Source of the DNA: Eledone cirrhosa
Lineage: Eukaryota
DNA length: 64,000 bases
Assembly: GCA_964016885.1 (NCBI GenBank)
Contig: OZ024742.1
Coordinates: 345,774,001-345,838,000 of the forward strand
Reading direction: 5' to 3'
A model generated the notes under the pieces. The model made no database searches. It was not told the origin of the DNA and was given only the letters and a program-made list of their open reading frames with translations. The position numbers and the translations under genes are program-made. Shown here piece after piece: positions 14,171-33,100 of the stretch. Position 1 is the first letter of the stretch; every line of letters starts with the position of its first letter.

Positions 14171-15349
14171 CATACTCCATTACAAAAGATGCACAAAGTT
14201 ACAGTAATGGACTACACATTTCAGAAGTCCCGTTTACTGTTGAAATGGAAAACACAGAAAAAGCAAAGCAGGTAAAAGAAACTGCAAAGAAAGAACTGTT
14301 ACAGAAACTGGCTAAGAAATGGCAAGAAAAGCCTCTGTATGGAAAATACCCAGAACGAGCTAACAATCCTGATGTTGACAAAACTTTAACACATCAGTGG
14401 TTGGCATCCTCTGGACTGAAATCGGAAACTGAAGGACTGATTATATCAGCACAAGATCAGTGTCTGCCAACAAAAAATTACCAAGCCAACATAATAAAAA
14501 ATGGATGCAGCTCATTATGCCGTGTATGTAAAAAACAACCAGAGACCATTGACCATATAATTTCAATGTGCAGTCCTATAGCTCCAATCGAATACCTAAA
14601 CAGGCATGACAGAGCTGCACAATACATACATTGGATAATGTGTAAGCATTTTGACCTGCCCCATCAAAAGAATTGGTGGGAGCATCAACCACCTCCCAAA
14701 CTTGAAAAAGATCACATCTCAATCTTGTGGAACTTTAGCATCCAAACAGACCGAAAAATAGATGCAAATAGACCTGATATAATATTGAAGGACTTTAAAA
14801 AGAGGGTATGCCTGCTAATTGATATGTCTGTTCCAATACACAAGAATGTATCTATAAAAACATTTGAAAAATTGAGCATGTATCAGGACCTGGAGATAGA
14901 AATTGGAAAAATGTGGAAATTGAGAACTAAAACAATACCAGTGGTTGTAGGCGCTCTGGGAATGATACCTAAGGGGTCTAATGATTACTTATCGCAAATC
15001 CCAGGAAACCCGCGTATAGGAGAAATACAAAAGATAGTACTAATGGGAACTGCCCATATACTAAGGAAGATTCTGTCAATATAAGTACATCACAAGTCTA
15101 AACACTAAAGATGCATGTTCACACATGCATCTTTAGTGTTTAGACCTGTGATGTACTTATGTATGTTCTTTCTTGACAGAATCTAAGGAAGATTCTGTTA
15201 ATATAAGTACATCACAAGTCTAAACACTAAAGATGCATGTGTGAGTATGTATGTTCTTTCTTGAACATGGCGGACCTTGTTGTCTCTTGAGGTCACTGGT
15301 TGTGACTTGGTGATAACTCGTATGAACATAAAGCAAGATAAATGCAACT

Positions 15350-15350
<1 letters not shown>
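14171..15350 (+). mobile_element. 5'-truncated R4/Dong-like element, family B
   Basis: ORF 14245..15084 has AQDQ, CRVC..ETIDH...C, RHD, RPD..D RLE motifs; (AAT)n on both sides. Confidence 0.9.
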
Positions 15351-15438
<88 letters not shown>

Positions 15439-15967
15439 TGGCACCTATGCAAAGTAAACAATTTACCACATTCTGAGAAGTGGTATGAGCATAAGCCAGA
15501 GTCGGTGATAGAAAACGATCAGGTGAAGGTGCTATGGGATTTTAGGATACAGACGGACAAGAAACTGGAACACAATAGACCTGACCTGGTGGTTTTGGAC
15601 AAGGAAAAAAGATCGTGCCTGATTGTGGATGTGGCCTGCCCATTCGACACGAGTGCAAGAGAAGGAGAGGGAGAAAATTAACCGATACCAGGACTTAAAG
15701 TGGGAGGTAAAAAGGATTTGGAACTGCCATGAAGTCAAAGTGGTCCCGATTGTCATAGGCGCACTAGGTACTATCTCAAGGAGTTTACAGGGATGGTTAA
15801 AGAAGATTAGTCCAGCCCCGCTTTTTGGAACACTTCAAAAGGCATGCTTGCTGGGAACAGCAAGAACCCTCCAATACGTACTGAATATCTGAGGCTGCAG
15901 GTAGCAGCTTGATATTCATTTCAACAAACTTTCCAGTTAAATAACATCAATGGCTGAGACTCAAAGA
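15439..15967 (+). mobile_element. 5'-truncated R4/Dong-like element, family A (more diverged)
   Basis: RLE domain (HNRPDLVVLD...IVDVACP) with a frameshift, plus 3' UTR; bounded by (AAT)n. Confidence 0.9.
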
Positions 15968-15984
15968 ATAATAATAATAATAAT

Positions 15985-17427
15985 ATTCAGCAGTGATATA
16001 TGTATGCAGTTTGTTATTGGTAAATGTGGAGTCATTGTGATGAGGAGGGGTAGGTTGAGCAGAAGTAACGGGATCCAGATACCAACAGGTGAGATGATAA
16101 AGGAAATTGACTCTGAGGAAGGATACAAGTATTTGGGCGTTCTGGAGGCTGATGGCATAAAGAACAAAAAAATGAAGGAATTGTTAAGAACTGAATACAT
16201 TCGGAGAGTAAGGAGCGTATTGAAGTCACATCTGAACAGCAGAAATGCCATAAGCGCAGTAAATTCCCGAGCTGTGTCTATTATTAGGTACAGTGCGGGA
16301 ATTCTGAGATGGAATGTTGCTGAACAAAAAGAAATGGATAGGAAGACTAGGAAGCTATTGACTATCTACAACATGTTCCACAAGAGGAGTGATGTCGATA
16401 GACTCTACCTAAGGAGATCTGAGGGTGGAAGAGGTCTTATCAGCATAGAGGACTGTGTTTAGATGGAGAAAAACAACCTATACAAATACGTGACCTATAG
16501 TAAGGAGCCAATGCTCAGAACTGTACTGAAGGAGGGGACAGTAGGCCAGGGGATGTCAAAGGAGGAAATAACATCAAGGAGGAAGAGCAGCCTTAAGGGA
16601 AAATCCCTTCATAGTACCTTCTTTGAGAAAACTGAATTTAGAGATCCACAGACATGGAACTGGTTGAGAAGAGGAGACCTCAAAAAGGCTACAGAAGGAA
16701 TGTTAATGGCTGCGCAGGAGCAGGCCCTCAACACGAAGTGGTTGAAGCACCATATTTACAAGGAGGAGGCTAGCCCACTGTGCAGGATCTGTGGAGAGAG
16801 AGAGGAGACTGTGGCTCACATTGTATCCGAGTGTAAACACCTAGCCCAGACCCACTATAAGGGCTGGAGACATGATGTGATGGGCAGGGTGATCCACTGG
16901 CACCTGTGCAAAGTAAACAATTTACCACATTCTGAGAAATGGTATGAGCATAGGCCAGAGGCGGTGATGGAGAACAATCAGGTGAAGGTGCTGTGGGATT
17001 TTAGGATACAGACGGACAAAAAACTGGAGCACAATAGACCTGACCTGTTGGTTGTGGACAAAGAAAAAAGATCGTGTCTGATTGTGGATGTGGCCTGCCC
17101 GTTCGACACGAGAGTGCAAGAGAAGGAGAGGGAGAAAATTAACCGATACCAGGACCTAAAGTGGGAGATAAAAAGGATTTGGAACTGCCATGAAGTCAAA
17201 GTGATCCCGATTGTCATAGGCGCACTGGGGACTATCTCCAAAAGTTTCCAGGGATGGTTAAAGAAAATCGGCCCCTTCACGCTTTTTGGAACGCTTCAAA
17301 AGGCATGCTTGCTGGGAACAGCAAGAACCCTCCGATACGTCCTGAATATCTGAGGCTGCAGGTAGTGGCTTGATATTCAATACAACGGACTTTCCAGTTA
17401 ACCAACATCAATGACTGAGATTCAAGG
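15985..17427 (+). mobile_element. 5'-truncated R4/Dong-like element, family A
   Basis: Nearly identical to ~25019-26460; one in-frame TAG at 16460-16462. Confidence 0.93.
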
Positions 17428-17462
17428 AATAATAATAGTAATAATAATAATAATAATAATAA

Positions 17463-17500
<38 letters not shown>

Positions 17501-17501
<1 letters not shown>

Positions 17502-20500
17502 CTCTTAGTACAAATGCTACGTAAAGCACCCGGCTTGAGCCCCAAAAAATTCGGACCCAAAATATATTGTTATAAGGCTCAAATATTCAAATATTCAACT
17601 TTGTATTGTACACTGTATATCCAAAAAAAAAAAATGGCTATAAATGGAAGAAGAAGAAACCCCCCCCCCCCCTCCTCTCCTCTGGCTACACTATATAGGA
17701 CAGCTAAACTCACCAACACCAGAAACTAGATACACCACCCACCCCATCATCTGTGTACACGAAACACAACAGCATTTTCACCTTCACCGCCACCGCTCAC
17801 TACGGCCATCATTACCACCACTATCCCATCACCGCCGCCACCACCCCTTGACTCCTTCACTGCTGCTGCCACCGCTACAGCACCATCACTACAGTAATAC
17901 GGTCGCATCACCGCCACCACTGCCTCGGTATCGACATCACCACCACCACTGTCTCAGTATCGCCAACGCCGCCAGTCTCTGCTGGCTGCCACTTCCACAT
18001 TATAGAATTCCTACTACTAACAAAGAGGAAGGCATCAAAATATATAGATAGACTCAAAAGAAAAAAGAAAAAACAAACAACAAAACCAAAGCAGCACAGC
18101 AACAACAGCAAAAAACGAGAAAAACAAACAGAGAAAAACAAAAACAAAAAAAGAAACCCCAAAAACGTAAAGAAAATAAGAATGAAGAGAGAAGCAGGCG
18201 GACGGACAGAGAAGAGGGGGGAAAAAGTAAAACTTAAAAAACAAAAACTAAGTCAGACATTCGAATACTACATTACAATGAAACTTATGCTTATTCATTT
18301 TTGGGGCCCTTTCTGCCCGTGTGTTTGTTTGTTTATGTGTGTTCGTATACAGCGTGGTGATAATGCCACACAAGGGCCAAGTGGGATGGCGGATCCACAG
18401 ATGGCTATGTAAACATACATTCGCCAATCCTCGATAAGAGTGTTTAAATATCGAACATAAACAGTTCGAATAACGGTGAAATGGAGACTAGAACGTCATG
18501 TGACAGACTCTCACCCAACAGGTGCCCCCTGGCTCAGCAGCAGGAACCTGACTGCCAACCAAATACTGCTGATGTTGGAGGAAGAAGAAGAAGGAAAGGG
18601 GCCAGAACCAACTGGACGAAAGAATTGAATAGAACTGTTATGCAATGCTACCTGAAAAGTAACCCCAAGGAGAGGGGCTACAGGAGACGGATGCATAACA
18701 TCTGGAACGAGATTGGTTTATTTAAATTAGATGAACAAAAATTGGCCGGGCAGGCTCGGGTAATAAGAACTAATGGGTGGATAAGCGAGCTGGAACTGGA
18801 GGAACTGAGCAGAGAGAATGGCTTGGAGATGGCGGGTGTAGTATGCCAGACAAGCGAGCCGGCGGGAAATGAAGGTGAGGAGGTCCTGAGAACGGAGGAA
18901 CCACCCGAAGCAGACAATGATCTGAATACTGAGATAAATAATACCTGGAACAGAGATACAGCCACTGAGGAGATGAATGCTGACGGGCTAGGACAAGATT
19001 CGGTTGACATCCTAAATTTAGTGGTAGATGAGTTGAACAATGATAGTGGGAGACCTATGAACCTAAGATTTGTAGACAGGAAAAAGTTAAAAGAAACAAC
19101 AGCTAAGGTAAACAAAGTCATCCCATACCTTGAGGCGAGGAGTCTTCACCAGTGCAACAATATCCTCAAAGCAAAAGCAAATACGGTGAGGAAACTACTT
19201 GGTATAAAAGCGAGAGGAAACAACAGACAAGAAAGAGCAGAGCCGTGGTGGAAGAAGCGACTGAGTGGGCAAATTCGGGGAAATGAGAAATGACATAGGA
19301 AAGCTTGAGTCACTACTGAATGGGACACTAAAAAACATAGGCACTAAAAATAGACTGGAAATAAAATACAAAACTAGGAGTAAAAAGCTAAATATTATCA
19401 TAGAGGAATTGAAGCAACGCATTGTAGCAAAGAGTGCCAAAATCAGGCGATACGAGAACAGAGTCAGTCAGTATAAACAGAACCGCATGTTCGACAACAA
19501 CCAGAAGATGCTGTTTGGACAGCTTGAGGGGAAAGAAAGAGGCAACGACTTGATCCCTGGGGCGGAACAAGCTAAAACATTCTGGAGAGGAATATGGGAG
19601 CAGGATGTTAGACACAATGCCCAGGCAGGGTGGATTGAGACAGTACAGAAGGAGATCGGTGAGCAGGCACAACAACAGACTGATTTGAGTATCACAGTTG
19701 AAACTCTAAGGGGCAAGCCAAAAAACTAACCAACTGGAAATCACCAGGCCCAGATGGTGTGCAGGGGTATTGGATTAAACATTTAACATCCCTCCACCCG
19801 AAGCTGACGGCCATGTTCAATGACTGCTTGGTGTCGGGTGAGGTGCCAGAGTGGTTGACAAAAGGTACCACAGTTCTGATAATGAAAGACCGAATCAAGG
19901 GTAATGATGTTACCAACTATAGACCTATCACATGTCTGCCCGTAATGTGGAAACTGTTGACGAGCATTGTGTCTGAGGAAATCTACCATCACCTCCACAC
20001 AGACAACTTGTTGCCGGACGAACAGAGGGGATGCCGAAAGAAGTCACGTGGTACAAAGGACCAGTTGCTTATTGATAAGATGGTAGTGGGGAATTGCAGG
20101 AGGAGACACGCTGGTCTTGCCATGGGATGGATAGACTACAGAAAGGCATTTGACATGGTGCCTCATTCCTGGATCACCAAAAGCCTGGAGATCTTCAGGG
20201 TGGCAGATAACATCAGACAGTTGCTGGGCAGGAGTATGGGGTCCTGGGATACAGAGTTGACATCAACTGGAGTATCCTTGGGAAGCGTGAAGATCAAGAG
20301 AGGTATCTTCCAGGGAGATAGCCTGTCCCCTCTGTTGTTTGTCCTTGCCCTGATGCCCTTGACCATTATGCTGCGAAAAGTGAGAGCAGGATACAAGTTG
20401 GGAAGGGGAGAGCTTACCATCAATCACCTCCTCTTCATGGACGATCTTAAGCTCTTCGGGAAAAGTGAGAAGGAGTTGGATGTGCTTGTTGACACTGTCC

Positions 20501-21947
20501 GTATTTTCAGCAGTGATATATGTATGCAGTTTGGTATTGGTAAATGTGGAGTCATTGTGATGAAGAGGGGTAGGTTGAGCAGAAGTAACGGGATCCAGAT
20601 ACCAACAGGTGAGATGATAAAGGAAATTGACTCTGAGGAAGGATACAAGTATTTGGGCGTTCTGGAGGCTGATGGCATAAAGAACAAAAAAATGAAGGAA
20701 TTGTTAAGAACTGAATACATTCGGAGAGTAAGGAGCGTATTGAAGTCACATCTGAACAGCAGAAATGCCATAAGCGCAGTAAATTCCCGAGCTGTGTCTA
20801 TTATTAGGTACAGTGCGGGAATTCTGAGATGGAATGTTGCTGAACAAAAAGAAATGGATAGGAAGACTAGGAAGCTATTGACTATCTACAACATGTTCCA
20901 CAAGAGGAGTGATGTCGATAGACTCTACCTAAGGAGATCTGAGGGTGGAAGAGGTCTTATCAGCATAGAGGACTGTGTTCAGATGGAGAAAAACAACCTA
21001 TACAAATACGTGACCTATAGTAAGGAGCCAATGCTCAGAGCTGTACTGAAGGAGGGGACAGTAGGCCAGGGGATATCCAAGGAGGAAATAACATCAAGGA
21101 GGAAGAGCAGCCTTAAGGGAAAATCCCTTCATAGTACCTTCTTTTAGAAAACTGAATTTAGAGATCCACAGACATGGAACTGGTTGAGAAGAGGAGACCT
21201 CAAAAAGGCTACAGAAGGAATGCTAATGGCTGCGCAGGAGCAGGCCCTCAAAACGAAGTGGTTGAAGCACCATATCTACAAGGAGGAGGCTAGCCCACTG
21301 TGCAGGATCTGTGGAGAGAGAGAGGAGACTGTGGCTCACATTGTGTCCGAGTGTAAACACCTAGCCCAGACCCACTATAAGGGCTGGAGACACGATGTGA
21401 TGGGCAGGGTGATCCACTGGCACCTGTGCAAAGTAAACAATCTACCACATTCTGAGAAATGGTATGAGCATAGACCAGAGACGGTGATGGAGAACAGTCA
21501 CGTGAAGGTGCTGTAGGATTTTAGGATACAGACGGACAAAAAACTGGAACACAATAGACCTGACCTGGTGGTTGTGGACAAAGAAAAAAGATCGTGCCTG
21601 ATTGTGGATGTGGCCTGCCCGTTCGACACGAGAGTGCAAGAGAAGGAGAGGGAGAAAATTAACCGATACCAGGACCTAAAGTGAGAGGTGAAAAGGATTT
21701 GGAACTGCCATGAAGTCAAAGTGATCCCGATTGTCATAGGCGCACTGGGGACTATCTCCAAAGGTTTCCAGGGATGGTTAAAGAAAATCGGCCCTTCACG
21801 CTTTTTGGAACGCTTCAAAAGGCATGCTTGCTTGGAACAGCAAGAACCCTCCGATACGTCCGGAATATCTGAGGCTGCAGGTAGTGGCTTGATATTCAAT
21901 CCAACGGACTTTCCAGTTAACCAACATCAATGACTGAGATTCAAGGA
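17501..21947 (+). mobile_element. Full-length but disabled R4/Dong-like element, family A
   Basis: Near-identical to 22365-26460, but the ORF is broken into 18481..19293, 19265..19729, 19759..21147, 21184..21516 etc.; 5' boundary uncertain. Confidence 0.92.
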
Positions 21948-21958
21948 ATAACAATAAC

Positions 21959-22030
<72 letters not shown>

Positions 22031-22032
<2 letters not shown>

Positions 22033-22287
22033 GGGGTCTAATGATTACATATCGCAAATCCCAGGAAACCCGCGTATAGGAGAAATACAAAAGATAGTAT
22101 TAATGGGAACTGCCCATATACTAAGGAAGATTCTGTCAATATAAGTACATCACAAGTCTAAACACTAAAGATGCATGTGTGAATATGTATGTTCTTTCTT
22201 GAACATGGCGGACCTTGTTGTCTCTTGAGGTCACTGGTTGTGACTTGGTGATAACTCGTATGAACATAAAGCAAGATAAATGCAACT

Positions 22288-22289
<2 letters not shown>
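22031..22289 (+). mobile_element. Short 3' fragment of family B R4/Dong-like element
   Basis: Matches 14971-15350 without the internal inversion; between (AAT)n tracts. Confidence 0.9.
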
Positions 22290-26594
<4,305 letters not shown>

Positions 26595-27167
26595 ATTACT
26601 ATGTTATATTCTAACTTTGCCCAATCATGTATATTTTCCGAAAATCCAAGTGGGGTTGAGACAAAAGCGATAGAGGAACTAATTTAAACAATAATAAAGT
26701 CTTAGTCGTCTGGTTGTCTGCTTGTTAGAACGCCTTAAAACATCACATGTGACAGTTGTGAGTTATTCAATATGTTAAGAGGTTCAATGTAATAAGACTA
26801 ATAGAAATTCATTTAAAAAGTGAAAGTGAAACTAAAACTGAACGAAAGCCACACTTCTTTAAACAATTGTCTATTGTGAACTTATAAATAAGTCATGAAT
26901 AATGGCTTCTAATATTGGCATAAGGCCAGTAATTTGGGGGCAAAGAGAAAGTTGATTATATCGAACTCTGTATTTGACAGATACATTGTTTTATCGACCA
27001 CAGATCGATCGAAAGCCATAGTTGACTATAGCCATATTTGAATTTAGAAGATAACAAGAGTCGGAAGAAATACTGGATAACAACAATTCTAACAACAATT
27101 CTGCCCCCCCCCCTAGGTGATGTCAATATATCTTTCATGATGTCAATATATAGTATTTACTTCTGCA

Positions 27168-27873
27168 CATGATAATGATGATGATGGTGATGATGGTAAT
27201 GGTGGTGGTGATGATGGTGGTGGTGTGGTGATGGTGGTGATGATGATGATGGTTGTGGTAGTGGTGGTGGTGGTGGTGGTGGTGGTGGTGGTGGTGGTGA
27301 GGCTGGTGGTGATAATGATGATGGTGGTGGTGTTAGTGGTGGTGTTGATGATGAGGGTGGTGATGATGGTGATGATGGTGGTAGTGGTGATGATGATGAT
27401 GATATAGATGATGATGATTATGATGATGATGATGATGATGATGATGAAGGGTAGAGAAGAAGAAGCAGAAGAAGAAGAAGAAGAAGAAGAAGAAGAAGAA
27501 GAAGAAGAAGAAGAAGAAGAAGGAGGAGGAGGAGAAGAAGAAGAAGAAGAAGAAGAAGAAGAAGAAGAAGAAGAAGAAGAAGAAGAAGAAGAAGAAGAAG
27601 AAGAAGAAGAAGAAGAAGAAGAAGAAGAAGAAGAAGAAGAAGAAGAAGAAGAAGAAGGAGGAGGAGGAGAAGGAGGAGAAGAAGAAGAAGAAGAAGAAGA
27701 AGAAGAAGAAGAAGAAGAAGAAGAAGAAGAAGAAGAAGAAGAAGAAGAAGAAGAAGAAGAAGAAGAAGAAGAAGAAGAAGAAGAAGAAGAAGAAGAAGAA
27801 GAAGAAGAAGAAGAAGAAGAAGAAGAAGAAGAAGAAGAAGAAGAAGAAGAAGAAGAAGAAGAAGAAGAAGAAG
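27168..27873. repeat. Compound (GAT/GGT)n then ~420-bp pure purine (GAA/GGA)n tract
   Basis: Directly visible. Confidence 0.97.
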
Positions 27874-28223
27874 ATATATTACGTAGACAGAGAAACTAGT
27901 TATTTTACTTTATTCTCAACATTTGGATCTGTGCCGTCTATAATGGCGGCGATATCGTTGAAGGTAGTTTTTTGGAGTCTAGGATTGCTATGTCATGCCA
28001 TATACAGCAGGATTAACGAACATATGAACAATCCTTGGAATTGGCAAATATAGGTTTTCATGAATTAATGGATTATGTAAAAGAAACTTTATAGCTTATG
28101 TTGATCACTGACACGTGGAAGTGATTAAAGATAAGAATCATATTTCAATTATATATTTTTTATTATGTATACAGTTACATAAATTGTTCAGCAGAGATAT
28201 ATACATTATATACGGAATATACA

Positions 28224-28410
28224 GGGCGGTGGATTGGTAGTATCGGTAGAGGGTCGGACGCCATGCTTTGCAGCAAAGAGTTATGGCCATTGCCATTCTG
28301 AGTTCAAATCCTGCCGAGGTTAAATTTGCCTTTCATCCTTACGGGGTCGATAAAATAAAATACCAGTAATGCGCTGGGATAATTGCTGGCCTTGTGCCAA
28401 AAGTAAAAAC
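28224..28410 (+). mobile_element. tRNA-derived SINE with Meta-like central domain
   Basis: A-box tggtagtatcgg, B-box gagttcaaatcc, core gcctttcatccttacggggtcgataaa. Confidence 0.85.
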
Positions 28411-28569
28411 AGATATATACACAATTTAATGGCGGCCATGTTTACTCGCGAAATAAGTCCGCCATATTATTACCGTCTGCAATTTATGGTTGTGTGTGAT
28501 AATATTCTCTATCTTTCACTCACTGCCTCCATCTCTCTCGTTCTCCCAGTCTCTCACTATTGGATATCA

Positions 28570-28845
28570 ATGTAGGCCCACGCACTGGCCGCCCCGTAGC
28601 CCCAGCGGACAGAACAGAGAAGGCGTTACCCGGTGAGGGAGGCGCTTTGAAGAGCCATTCCAGCTCACGAGGCTCACACCTGCGGGTAGCCAAATCTGTA
28701 CCGATGGTGGTGAGTAAGGAGGTTGTACCAGCGCCAAGACCACCAGAAGTCTCCCCTGCTACGGGCTCGACCGCAAACCTGTCGGAAAGCGAACGATATT
28801 TCGAGAGTTTACCCCCCTTGGCTTGAAGTGCAGCAGAGCCTGGAA
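28570..28845 (-). mobile_element. CRE-like RLE retrotransposon 3' fragment
   Basis: KLSKYRSL...PVAGETSG.LG...EPRELEWLF C-terminal RLE pattern; paralog at 42810-43045. Confidence 0.65.
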
Positions 28846-28959
28846 TGAAATGCATAGTGTGTGTGTGTGTGTGTATGTTTTTATAAATTTGCGTATATGT
28901 TTGTGTATATAAATGTGTGCGCATGTTTGTGTGTGTATAAATTTGTCTGTATGTGTCTA

Positions 28960-29215
28960 TAAAGAATTATTTCACGTTTCTCCAGTTCACTCAGCTGTAG
29001 ACATGAGTTGTGACGTCACTGGTGCCAAGCTGTATCGGTCATTGCCTTTCTCTTGGACAACATTGGTGGCGTGGAGAGGGGAGACAGGTATGCATGGGTG
29101 ACTGGTGGTCTCCCACAAACAATCTTGCCCAAACTTGTGCGTCGGAGGGTAACTTTCTAGGTGCAAATCGCATGGTCACTCGTGACCGAAAGGGGTCTTT
29201 ACGATTTACCCTTTA
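28960..29215 (+). mobile_element. SINE body with LINE-like 3' tail
   Basis: ctccagttcactcagctgta core shared with 4335-4500. Confidence 0.55.
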
Positions 29216-30144
29216 TAAATATATAAATAAATATAAAAATACACATGGCGTATAACTATGGCTCATGTTCCTCTTTTTGTAGTCTTTCAATCAACTACAG
29301 TAACAGAATGACAGGCTATTTCAGAGAGCTGTATTATGTCCCTCTAAACCTTTTGTACAAAATCGCCTGAAACCGCTCGTGATTCTGTGATTCAAAGTTG
29401 TTTATTTGAAAGTGTTTATATTTATTTTTAAAAAGAAATCCTTTCATGATTTTAGATAAGAACCTTTGTTAAGTTATATTAAAATCATGCCTAATATTGT
29501 GAAAGGTAGTTAGTTATATCACTAAATACTTCCAAATTGTTTATAATTTTCAAAACTATTTGAGAACTATAGACAGTGTCTTCCATTACAATTATGGTAA
29601 CAAAAGGGTTGTGTTCTGAAAAACAATATTATTTCCAACAAACCATTCATACATGATATATAATAGTTACCACTTCTTTTCCCAATAAAATATCCTACAT
29701 ATCGATTTGGATTCAAATTTCCAATCAATTTTATCATATAACATGATTTTTTTTTATAGGCGGGTGTATTTCGGTTCCAACAACACATGTTCCATGTGTC
29801 TGCTCCACGGAACGGCTTGTAATAAGGTATAAAGTATGAACAAGGATCTTTCAGTTACTGGAGCTATGTAGAAGAAATTGCCTTTCTCAAGGACACCAAG
29901 AACCACCCTGTATGTTTTATATTTCTTGCCAAATTCCAGGTGAATATAAACTTTATATTTTTAATTATCATAGTGATTTTAATTCAACTCCAGGTGAGTC
30001 ATGATAAAACAGACCTACTATAGTAGACATTTCATCGATGACCATCATGTTTTGTTTTCGAAGGGAGTGTATCCAGGTTCATATTACTGACTGTGCGGTG
30101 GTGTGTTTGTGATGATCGAACCTTTGATCGAAGCATTCCGGTCA

Positions 30145-33100
30145 TGACCACCACATTCTCGCCGTAACCATCACATTCTCGTGGCAACCATCACATTCTC
30201 ACCGTAACCATCACATTCTCACTGTAACAATCACATTATAGCCACAACCATCACATTCCAGCCATAACCATCACATTATAGCCGTAGCCATCACATTCTC
30301 GCCGTAACCAGCACATTCTAGCCGTAACCATCACATCATAGCTGTAACCATCATACTCTAGCCATAACCATCAGATTCTCGCCGTAGCCATCATATTCTC
30401 GCCGTACCCATCACATTCTCGTCGTACCCATCACATTCTCGCCGTACCCATCACATTCTCGCCGTAACCAGCACATTCCAGCTGAAACCATCATACTCTA
30501 GCCATAACCATCAGATTCTCGCCGTAGCCATCACATTCTCGCTGGAACCATCAGATTCTCGCCGTAGCCATCACATTATCGCAACAACCAGCACATTCTA
30601 GCCGTAACCATCACATTCTAGCCATAACCATTACATTATCACAGTAACCATCACATTCTAGCTGTAGTCATCACATTCCAGTCGTAACCATCACATGCTA
30701 GCCTTAACCATGACAGTCTTACCGTAACCATCACATACTAGCTGTAGCCATCACATTCCAGTCGTAACAATCACATTCGCATCGTAACAATCACATTCTA
30801 ACCGTAACCATCACATTCTCGCTGTAACCATCACATTCTCACCGGAACCATCAGATTATCACTGTAACCCTCACATTCTAGCCGTAACCATCACATTCTC
30901 ACCGTAACCATCACACTATAGCCGTAACCATCACATTCCAGCTATAATCATCACAGTATAGCCGTAACCATGACATTCTCGCCGTAACCATCACACTATA
31001 GCCGTAACCATCACATTCCAGCTATAATCGTCACATTATAGCCGTAACCATGACATTCTCGCCGTAACCAGCACATTCTAGTCGTAACCATCACATTCTA
31101 GCTGTAGCCACCATACTCTAGCCATAACCATCAGATTCTCGCAATAACCATCACATTCTAGCCGTAACCATCACATCGTGGCTGTAAGCATCATACTCTA
31201 GCCATAACCATCACATTCTCACCGTAGCCATCACATTCCCGCCGTAGCCATCACATTCTCGCCGTAAACATCATATTCCCACCGTAACCATCATATTCTA
31301 GCTGTAACCATCACATTCCAGCCATAACCATCACATTCCATCCGTAACCATTACATTCCCGCCGTAACCATCACATTCTTGCCGTACCCATCAGATTCTA
31401 GTCGTAACCATCACATTCTAGTCACAATCATCACATCCAACCGTAACCATCACATTCCAACCATAACCATCACATTCTAGCCACAACCATCACATCCTAG
31501 CTGTAACCATCATACTCTAGCCATAACCATCAGATTCTCACCGTAGCCATCACATTCTCGCTGAACTCATCACATTCTCGCCGTAACCATAACATTCTCG
31601 CCGTAACCACCATATTCCAGCCGAAACCATCATACTCTAGCCATAACCATCACATTCTCGCTGTAACCGTCACATTCTCGCTGTAACCAGCCCATTCTAG
31701 CCGTAACCATCACATTCTAGCCATAACCATCACAATCTCACCGTAACCATCACATTCTAGCTGCAGACATCACATGCCAGTCGTAACCATCACATTCTAG
31801 CCTTAACCATCACATTCTCACCGTAACAATCACATTCGCGCCGTAACAATCACATTCTCACCGTAACTATCACATTCTCGTTGTAACGATAACAATCTCG
31901 CCATAACCATCACATTCTCGCCGAAAAAATCACATTCTCTCTGTTACCATCACATTATCACCGTAACCATCACATTCTTACCGCAAGCATCACATTCTAA
32001 CCGTAACCATCACATTCTCGCTGTAACCATCACATTCTAGTTGTAGCCATCACATTCTAGTCGTAAACACCACATGCTAGTCTTAACCAGCACATTCTAG
32101 CCGTAACCATCACATTCTCACCGTAACAATCACATTCTCACCGTATCTATCACATTCCCGTTGTAACCATCACAATCTCGCCATAACTGTCACATTTTCG
32201 CTGTAACCATCACATGTTCGCCGTAACCATCATATTATCACCGTAAACATTAAATTCTAGTCGTAACCATCACAAATTCTCGCCGTAACAATTACCTCCT
32301 AGCTATAAACATCACATTGTCACCGTAACCATCACAATCTGACCGTAACCATCACATTTAACAGTAACCATCACATTCTGACCGTAACTGTCTCATTCTA
32401 GCTTTAACCATCATATTCTTGCTGTAACCACCACATATAGCAACAACCATCACATTCTAGCTGCAAACATCACATTCTCGCCATAACCATCACATTGCAG
32501 TCATAACCATCACATTATAGCCGCAACCATCACATTCTAGTCGTAACCATCACATTCCAATCGCAAACATCACATTCCAACCGTAACCATCACATTCTAG
32601 CCACAACCATCACAACCTAACTGTAACCATCATACTCTACACATAGCCATCACATTCTCACTGCAACCATCACATTCTCACCGTAGCCATCACATTCACC
32701 CCTTAATCATCACATTCTCGCTGTAACCAGCATTCTAGCCGTAACAATCACATTCTAGCTGTAACCATCATACTCTAGCGATAACCATCACATTGTCGCC
32801 CTAACCAGCACATTCTAGCCGTAACCATCACATTCTAGCTGTAACCATCATACTCTACACATAGCCATCAGATTCTCGCCGTAGCCATCACATTCTCGCC
32901 GTAGGCATCACATTCTCGCCATAACCATCACATTCTCGCCGTAACCATCACATTCCAACTAAAACCATCATACTCTAGCCATAACCATCACATTCTTGCT
33001 GTAACCATCATATTCTAGCGATAACCATCACATTGTCGCCCTAACCATCACATTCTCGTCGTAACCAGCACATTCTAGCCGTAACCATCACATTCTAGCT

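Noticed and set aside
27225-27899. Poly-Val/Met/Glu ORFs
   Set aside because: Translations of trinucleotide microsatellites with no protein-like flanks.
28224-28320. tRNA genes
   Set aside because: The A/B boxes belong to multi-copy SINE heads and do not form a full cloverleaf.
28520-28924. Host gene exon in a GC-rich island
   Set aside because: The peptide fits an RLE retrotransposon C-terminus and has a decayed paralog at 42810-43045.
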